Source: Nitrospinaceae bacterium (lineage in GTDB: Bacteria > Nitrospinota > Nitrospinia > Nitrospinales > Nitrospinaceae). From it: a stretch of 64,000 nt of DNA. Shown here piece after piece: positions 57,992 to 64,000 of this stretch; within the stretch, counting starts at the first letter, position 1; the number at the start of each line of letters is the position of its first letter. The position numbers and the translations under genes were made by a program. Under the pieces are notes generated by a model. The model searched no databases. It saw nothing but the letters and a program-made list of their open reading frames with translations, and was not told the DNA's origin. Location: NCBI GenBank assembly GCA_965237905.1, contig OZ250172.1, forward strand, positions 160,001 to 224,000, in the 5' to 3' direction.

Positions 57992-59260
57992 ATGAAGACC
58001 TTACCTAAAATACTGATCATCGCCGCCGCCGTTGGCGCCTTTGGATACGGGGTCGGTAAATTTTTCAGCATGTCCCCGCCCATCATGGCGGGAGCCATGG
58101 CGGGCCTCACCCTGCTCTATGGCTTTCTGCTGACCAAACAACACCGCCCTCCCAAGGAACAGGGATTTTTCAAAAATATCGCCACCAAAATTCCGGTCAT
58201 CGCGGTGATCGCGGTCATCTTATGGTTTGGTGCGGGGTATTTTGGTTTTCCTGTCTGGTGGCAGATCGAGTTCGTTTCCTTCTCCGTCATCGGCATGATC
58301 TTTTTTATCATCCTCGATTTAAAATCCATGAAGGTAGAAAGAGGAGCCGGCGATTCGATTGTGCGGTTGATAGGCACCTACGCTTTACCTTCAGCGCTGT
58401 TCATTACCATTACCGCTCAATTGCCTCAATTTGATCCGGAATATGAATTGGCCAAGCTGAACAGGCCCCCGGTCAAATTGAGCGAATTAGCTGGACCGGA
58501 AGTCATCGCGGCCGGGCGCGAAGTGTTTGAATCCAACAAGTGCTTCAACTGCCACAAGGTGTTTTGGGAAGGCAACTCGGACCGTGGCCCGAACCTGGGA
58601 TCGAAACAGATCGGATTGTATTCTGAAGATTATATTAAGGATCAAGTTCTGAATCCCCGTAAAAATCAGTCTCCTGGTTTTGAAGATAAAAAATCCAAAA
58701 AAGCCATGCCGACTTATTATGGCGAGGATTTGAGTGAGGACGAGTTGAGCGTTCTGGTTTCTTATTTGAAAACCCTGCGTGATCCCACTCATATGCCGGT
58801 GGAGGGAAAATTCCCCAATCAATGGACTTGGTGGGATGATGCCGATGTCGTGGCGGCGGGTAAGATAATTTTCGAAGGTAAAGAACCGGCCACGGAAGGC
58901 CTTAACTGCGCCGTTTGCCATGGCGCCGACGGTATTCCCATGATGACCGGAGCCTTCGATTTCCGTAATCCCGATAACATGGATACCAAGAAAATGGCGG
59001 ACCATCGACCTCTTAAGCTTAAGGACTGGCCCGATGATCTGTATTACCGGCGCGTCACCCGGGGTATCGACGAAACTGCGATGGCGCCGTGGGGCATGCT
59101 CCACCCGCATCTCTATCTATGGAAAGCGGAAGCCTACGCCCGCACCTTCCACGATCCATTGGACAAGCGGACCGCGAAAAAACCGGTGCCTCCTATCCCC
59201 ACCAAGGAAGAAATCGAACGGTGGAAGAAGGATGAGCTATTCCTTGATCCTCTATATTAA
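57992..59260 (+). CDS. membrane-anchored diheme cytochrome c
   Basis: About 5 N-terminal TM segments, CFNCH and CAVCH heme motifs, candidate distal Met residues (AMP, AMAPW). Confidence 0.9.
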   Translation: MKTLPKILIIAAAVGAFGYGVGKFFSMSPPIMAGAMAGLTLLYGFLLTKQHRPPKEQGFFKNIATKIPVIAVIAVILWFGAGYFGFPVWWQIEFVSFSVIGMIFFIILDLKSMKVERGAGDSIVRLIGTYALPSALFITITAQLPQFDPEYELAKLNRPPVKLSELAGPEVIAAGREVFESNKCFNCHKVFWEGNSDRGPNLGSKQIGLYSEDYIKDQVLNPRKNQSPGFEDKKSKKAMPTYYGEDLSEDELSVLVSYLKTLRDPTHMPVEGKFPNQWTWWDDADVVAAGKIIFEGKEPATEGLNCAVCHGADGIPMMTGAFDFRNPDNMDTKKMADHRPLKLKDWPDDLYYRRVTRGIDETAMAPWGMLHPHLYLWKAEAYARTFHDPLDKRTAKKPVPPIPTKEEIERWKKDELFLDPLY

Positions 59261-59453
59261 GATTAGTAATCTAACTATAACAAATACTTACCCGAATCTG
59301 CTCTACTACTCAGCAGATTCGGGTTTTTATTTCTACCCCGTTTATACCCCTTCTTGAGGCTTGGCCTCACCCGTTTTCCCCGTTTCCAGTGATATAATCT
59401 CTATTTAGGCATATATGGTTTCAAATATATGTCTTCTCCCTTAAATAAGGAGG

Positions 59454-60579
59454 ATGGTTATGAAACCCAATGGCAAACCTTTCAAGCAGAATTTAAAATA
59501 TAAACTGCCTGTTTTCGCGGTGGTGTCCGTGATCCTCTGGTTTGGAACCGGAGCACTGGGATTCCCCGTCTGGTGGCAGATCGAATTCGTTTCCTTCGCC
59601 TTCGTGGGATTACTCCTGTTCCTCCTGCTGGACATGCCGTCCCTGAAGCCGGAGACCCAGTCCTCGCAATCAATGTTTCGAATAATGGGAGCCTATGCCT
59701 TCCCGACAGTGCTGTTCATCAACCCTGACGGCACAATTGCCTCAATTTGATCCTAATCCTCCTGAGCCTCCAGATCCATGTCGCCACGGCGCTTGCGAAG
59801 GTGATAGTAAAGAAGCTATCGAAGCAGGGCGGCAGGTGTTTGAAAGCAACAAATGCTTCAATTGCCATCGGGTGTTCTGGGAAGGCAATTCTGACCGCGG
59901 ACCCAATCTGGGCACCAAGCAAATCGGACTCTATCCTAAAGATTACATTAAGGAACAGATTCTGGACCCGCGAAAAAAGCAATCTCCCGGGTTTGAAGAT
60001 CCTAAATCCAAGCGGGCCATGCCGGATTATTACGGTGAGGACCTGAGCGAAAACGAATTGAACGCTCTGGTGGCTTATCTCAGAACCCTACGCGATCCAA
60101 CTCATATCCCCGTAGAAGGAAAACTGGGGGATCAGTGGACCTGGTGGGACGATCCACAGATCATCGCGGAAGGACAAAAGGTCTATGAAGGACTGGAACC
60201 GGCCACTGTGGGGCTCAATTGTGCGGCTTGTCATGGTAAGGAGGGCACACCCATGATGACCGATGCCTTCGATTTCAGGGATCCCAACCGCCCGGATACC
60301 GACAAAATGGCGGACCATATGGATGTCACCCTGAAAGATTTTCCGGACGCGTTGTATTACAAGCGGGTCACCAAAGGCATCGACGGCACGGCGATGGGCC
60401 CCTGGGGCATGCTCTACCCTCATCTCTATCTGTGGAAAGCCGAAGCCTACGCCAGGAACTTCCACGATCCGCTGGACAAGCGGACCGCGAAAAAGCCGGT
60501 ACCTCCTATCCCTACTCAGGAAGAAATCGAACGGTGGGGAAAGGAAGATATGATCATCACTCTCGCTGGACCCGGTTGA
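59454..60579 (+). pseudogene. paralogous membrane-anchored diheme cytochrome c with a +1 frameshift at about 59721
   Basis: ORFs 59454-59750 and 59695-60579 together are colinear with 57992-59260 (GFPVWWQIEFVSF; CFNCH; CAACH). An extra A turns ATC-ACC-CTG-ACG-GCA-CAA into ATC-AAC-CCT. Confidence 0.8.
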
Positions 60580-60599
60580 GTATGATGATGGGTTTATCC

Positions 60600-60631
60600 A
60601 ACCGGTACGGGAACCCCGTAGCGGTTTTTTT
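60600..60631 (+). terminator. intrinsic terminator after the cytochrome c paralog
   Basis: ACCG.TACGGG-loop-CCCGTA.CGGT followed by a T-run. Confidence 0.65.
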
Positions 60632-60701
60632 ATGTTCCAGACGATGGGAAATTGATATGATAGGATCCTAATTCAACCAGCATTTATGCAAGGAGTGGGG
60701 A

Positions 60702-61184
60702 ATGAGCCGGATTGATGATCTCATCAAGGAAAATCTTAGTGAAGACGGCACGGTGCTGAGTCTTCGCGAAAAATATATCGGACTACGGGGCACCATGGAA
60801 TTGTTCACCAAAGGTGAGATACTGCAAAAAGTTAAAGTGCTGACCTATTCAGGAAACCAGATCGGCGATGAAGGGGCGGAATCGATTGCGGAATGCCCGT
60901 ATTTGACGAATCTGGAAAACCTTGTCCTGAATCTCAATGAAATCGGCGACGAGGGAGCGGTACTCCTGGCCAATACGCCGAACCTGCCCAAGGTCACCCA
61001 AATGTCGCTGTTCGGCAATGTGATCGGCGACGAAGGGGCGCGGGCGTTTGCCGATTCGCCGCAGAGCAAGAAACTCATCAAACTGGATTTGTACAAAAAC
61101 CAGTTTTCTCCGACAGGTATCAAAGCTTTGACGGAATCGAAGAACCTCAAAAACTGCGAAGAGTTGGAAATTTATCGGGAGTAA
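60702..61184 (+). CDS. leucine-rich repeat (RNI/GALA-like) protein
   Basis: 28-aa repeats of the form LxxLxLxxNxIGDEGA. Confidence 0.88.
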   Translation: MSRIDDLIKENLSEDGTVLSLREKYIGLRGTMELFTKGEILQKVKVLTYSGNQIGDEGAESIAECPYLTNLENLVLNLNEIGDEGAVLLANTPNLPKVTQMSLFGNVIGDEGARAFADSPQSKKLIKLDLYKNQFSPTGIKALTESKNLKNCEELEIYRE

Positions 61185-61190
61185 TCCGGT

Positions 61191-61496
61191 TCAGGCAGAT
61201 GAGCCTGTTTGTTCGGCCCATTGCTCCGGGGTCAGGGTTTTGATCTGAATTGCGTGAATCACTTTAGGTGAGCCGTTGATTTGGTCGTCCAACGCGCTAT
61301 AGACCAGCCGCCGCTGATCGATGAGATTGGCATTTTCAAATTTGGAAGAAACGACGGTGACCGCGTAATGCCCTCCCCCGCCGGCGGCTTTGTGTCCACG
61401 GTGCAGATAACTTTCGTCGATGATGTCCACGTGGGACGCCTCAAGTTTTTCCTTTAATATTTGATCGATCAATTGAACCGCTTCATCCATAATCAC
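61191..61496 (-). CDS. bolA: BolA family protein
   Basis: DESYLHRGH, GGHYAVTVVSSKF, RLVYSAL, IHAIQIKTLTPEQW. Confidence 0.9.
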   Translation of the reverse strand: MIMDEAVQLIDQILKEKLEASHVDIIDESYLHRGHKAAGGGGHYAVTVVSSKFENANLIDQRRLVYSALDDQINGSPKVIHAIQIKTLTPEQWAEQTGSSA

Positions 61497-61560
61497 ACCT
61501 GAAATTAAAATAAAATTATTGGTTTAAAATGCTTTTCATTATTTGGTAAGCTGGCAGGAA

Positions 61561-61767
61561 TTATTTAGAGTCCCGGGCATTCATATCGGGCAGATCGTAA
61601 AAATTCTTGAGATTATCAGCATACCGGGAATGCGCTTCGTTTTTGTCTTCGTCCACCAAACGGGCACGGCACTTGGCACATACCGGAATGCGGTCCGGCG
61701 AATACGACTTGATCCGGTTTTTAACGCCGCACTCGGGGCATTCAATGATAAAAATATCCTTGTCCAT
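61561..61767 (-). CDS. small zinc-ribbon protein (TrxC N-terminal-like)
   Basis: CPECGVKNRI...PVCAKC. Confidence 0.7.
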   Translation of the reverse strand: MDKDIFIIECPECGVKNRIKSYSPDRIPVCAKCRARLVDEDKNEAHSRYADNLKNFYDLPDMNARDSK

Positions 61768-61826
61768 AACTTTTCCCTTATTGAGATGAAGGGTGTATTA
61801 TAGACCAAAGGAGCCTGTGATTTAAA

Positions 61827-62108
61827 ATGTTTGTTTTCACCACTCAAAACTTCAAGCAACTGCCCCTCAGGACGAAAATCGGGCTATTTCTAGCGATCGC
61901 TCTGGGAGTCACCCTGCTATTCCTGTTCGGAATCACCTTTCTGGTGATTGCGCTGATCGGCGGGCTGATCACTATGGTCGCCAATCTGTTCCGAGGCAAC
62001 CGCCCCCAATCGCGGCCTTTGCGTGATCCTTTTCCACCACGACGTCCCCCCTCTCAAAGACCCCAACCTCCCCGCAAAGTTGACGACGATGATATTATCG
62101 ATGTGTGA
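61827..62108 (+). CDS. small membrane protein with Pro-rich tail
   Basis: Two hydrophobic segments, ending DDDDIIDV; AAGGAG upstream. Confidence 0.7.
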   Translation: MFVFTTQNFKQLPLRTKIGLFLAIALGVTLLFLFGITFLVIALIGGLITMVANLFRGNRPQSRPLRDPFPPRRPPSQRPQPPRKVDDDDIIDV

Positions 62109-62120
62109 CGGATTCGTCGA

Positions 62121-63527
62121 TTAGCGCGGTTTCTTGTATTGATGGGTGGATCGGCCCAGGTAAACTTCCGCCGCTTCCATGAGAGTTTCCGATAGTGTGG
62201 GATGGGGATGCACCGTTTCCGCCAAATCTGCGGCAGTGGCCTTGAGCCGAATGGCCAGGGCGGCTTCTGAAATGAGGTCTCCCACCCCAACCCCGACCAT
62301 ACCCGCTCCCAAGATACGATCTGTTTTGGGATCGATAATCAGCTTGGTGGCTCCATCATTTCTACCCAATGTACCGGCCCTCCCTGAGGCTCCCCAGGGG
62401 AATTTCGCTATGGCGACTTCGATACCCTTCTGCTTGGCCTCCAGTTCGGTCAGGCCGCACCAGGCGATTTCCGGATTGGTGAATATGACGGCAGGAATGA
62501 CCAGTGAATCATCAGCCGGGGAGTCTCCCAACAGACTGTCGACCGTCCTTTTGGCCTCATGTGACGCCTTGTGAGCCAACATCGCGCCGCCCACCACATC
62601 GCCGATGGCAAAAATAGAAGGGTCCGCCGTTCTTCCCTTCGGGTCGGCTTTCACGAAACCCTTATCGTCCATCTCCACCTGGGTGTTTTCGAGACCTAAA
62701 TCGGATGTGTTCGGTTGACGGCCCACCGAAACCAAAACACGGTCAAACTCCACTTCCTCCGGTTCCCCACCGGTTCCCTCTAAAACAACCTTCAGGCATG
62801 CTCCTGCGTCCTTTATAGCGGTGACACGGGTATTGAGATGAATGGCTTCGAACTCCTTTTTGAGCCGGGCCTGTAAAATACGGACCAGATCGCGATCCGC
62901 CCCCTGAAGCAGGCCATCCGTCATTTCCACTACGGTGACTTGGCTCCCCAAAGCGGCATAAACCGTTCCCATTTCCAGGCCGATATACCCTCCTCCAATG
63001 ACCAGCAGGCGTTCGGGGATTTCTTCCAATTCCAAAGCACCGGTGGAATCCATCAGCCGGGAGCCGACTCCTGTCCAATCCTTGGGAATGATCGGCCGCG
63101 AACCCACAGCAATGAGGGCGCGATCGAACGAGAGAGCCCCATGGCCTTCGACCCGCACGGAATGGGAATCCTCAAAAACAGCCCGGCCTTGTATCCATTG
63201 AATACCGCGTTGTTTGCAAAGTTGAGCCAACCCGCCCGTAAAGTCGCCGGTCACCTTTTCCTTCCAGGCACGAATCTTACCGATATCAAGGGTCAGTTTT
63301 CCAAAATGGACGCCCCAGTCCCCAGCGTGCTTGGCTTCGGAAATCAGTTTCGCCAGATGCAAAAGAGTTTTTGACGGAATGCACCCGCGCAGGAGGCAGA
63401 CTCCTCCCAACTGCTTTTCTTCATCGACGAGAGTCACCTGCATCCCCTTGTCAGCGGCCAGGAAAGCCGCGGCATATCCGCCGGGGCCACCGCCAAGTAT
63501 CAATAATTTCTGTTCGCTCATATACAC
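62121..63527 (-). CDS. lpdA: dihydrolipoamide dehydrogenase
   Basis: GGGPGGY, GGVCLLRGCIPSK, GGGYIGLE, MLAHKA, HPHPTLSE. Confidence 0.95.
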   Translation of the reverse strand: MYMSEQKLLILGGGPGGYAAAFLAADKGMQVTLVDEEKQLGGVCLLRGCIPSKTLLHLAKLISEAKHAGDWGVHFGKLTLDIGKIRAWKEKVTGDFTGGLAQLCKQRGIQWIQGRAVFEDSHSVRVEGHGALSFDRALIAVGSRPIIPKDWTGVGSRLMDSTGALELEEIPERLLVIGGGYIGLEMGTVYAALGSQVTVVEMTDGLLQGADRDLVRILQARLKKEFEAIHLNTRVTAIKDAGACLKVVLEGTGGEPEEVEFDRVLVSVGRQPNTSDLGLENTQVEMDDKGFVKADPKGRTADPSIFAIGDVVGGAMLAHKASHEAKRTVDSLLGDSPADDSLVIPAVIFTNPEIAWCGLTELEAKQKGIEVAIAKFPWGASGRAGTLGRNDGATKLIIDPKTDRILGAGMVGVGVGDLISEAALAIRLKATAADLAETVHPHPTLSETLMEAAEVYLGRSTHQYKKPR

Positions 63528-63558
63528 CGTTGCTTGTTAAGAGGAAATGAAGTTTGGA

Positions 63559-63999
63559 TTATTTGTGACGTCTGCGACTGAGTTGTTCCCAGGGGCGGGG
63601 TTCGGTCTTTTGTTTCATCCGGCTCAATATAAAGTTAAAAATTTTTCGGGCTTCTTTCAAAGTCGTATGCGGTCCTAACAGTTTTTCCGTGTAGCTTTTT
63701 TCCAACTCAATGAACGACTGGACCTGGCGCCCATATTTTTTTACGATTTGGAGATTGCTGAGGTTGGATGTTTTCTGATCCAAAAGCTGTGGATTGCTCT
63801 TCGGGTTATCTTTCACTTCCGAAGTTTCCTGATCATGAGAGCTATCTGTGATTTGAGAGACCGGGGGGTCTTTCAAAAAATAGCGAAGGGCGAAACCTGA
63901 TTCCGTGGTGCAAAGATCATTTAAGCGTTTTGCCATCTCTTCCTCAATCTGCAACGAACCTTCCGAGACCGGTACGAATTTCCAATCCTCTTCCCCGAC
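63559..63999 (-). CDS. hypothetical protein (partial, start beyond the window end)
   Basis: The frame stays open upstream of the track start 63954 to the window edge (VGEEDWKFVPVSEGSLQIEE...). Confidence 0.6.
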   Translation of the reverse strand, partial: VGEEDWKFVPVSEGSLQIEEEMAKRLNDLCTTESGFALRYFLKDPPVSQITDSSHDQETSEVKDNPKSNPQLLDQKTSNLSNLQIVKKYGRQVQSFIELEKSYTEKLLGPHTTLKEARKIFNFILSRMKQKTEPRPWEQLSRRRHK

Positions 64000-64000
64000 T

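Overview
A 64-kb, gene-dense stretch of core bacterial chromosome. I found no rRNA, tRNA, CRISPR array, IS element or prophage. The CydA-like 'bd-like' oxidase with membrane-anchored diheme cytochromes c suggests a Nitrospinota/Nitrospirota-type nitrite oxidiser; this is an inference, not a search result. Recognisable housekeeping genes include fliL, coaE, cvpA, an slt-like gene, murJ, thrH, mgtE, the yceD-rpmF-plsX-fabH-fabD-fabG-acpP-fabF-rnc cluster, xerD, fbp, hisS, fur, acs, rdgB, rlmN, bolA and lpdA. The most striking unexplained signal is a two-gene iron-uptake operon under a Fur box (a cytochrome c-FTR1 permease and a PepSY-TM/beta-propeller protein). Its two otherwise unrelated membrane proteins end in gaplessly alignable His/Cys-rich cytoplasmic tails, which may form a heterodimeric metal-binding bundle. 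Other candidates worth checking: an orphan promoter with a structured small RNA behind phased DnaA-like boxes; a DUF1338/HglS-like gene paired with a D-2-hydroxyacid dehydrogenase; a divergent FabI-like reductase; a large HPr-fusion protein; a lipoyl-like domain lacking its lysine; a MoxR partner with YehM-like and degenerate VWA features; and two single-base frameshifts.
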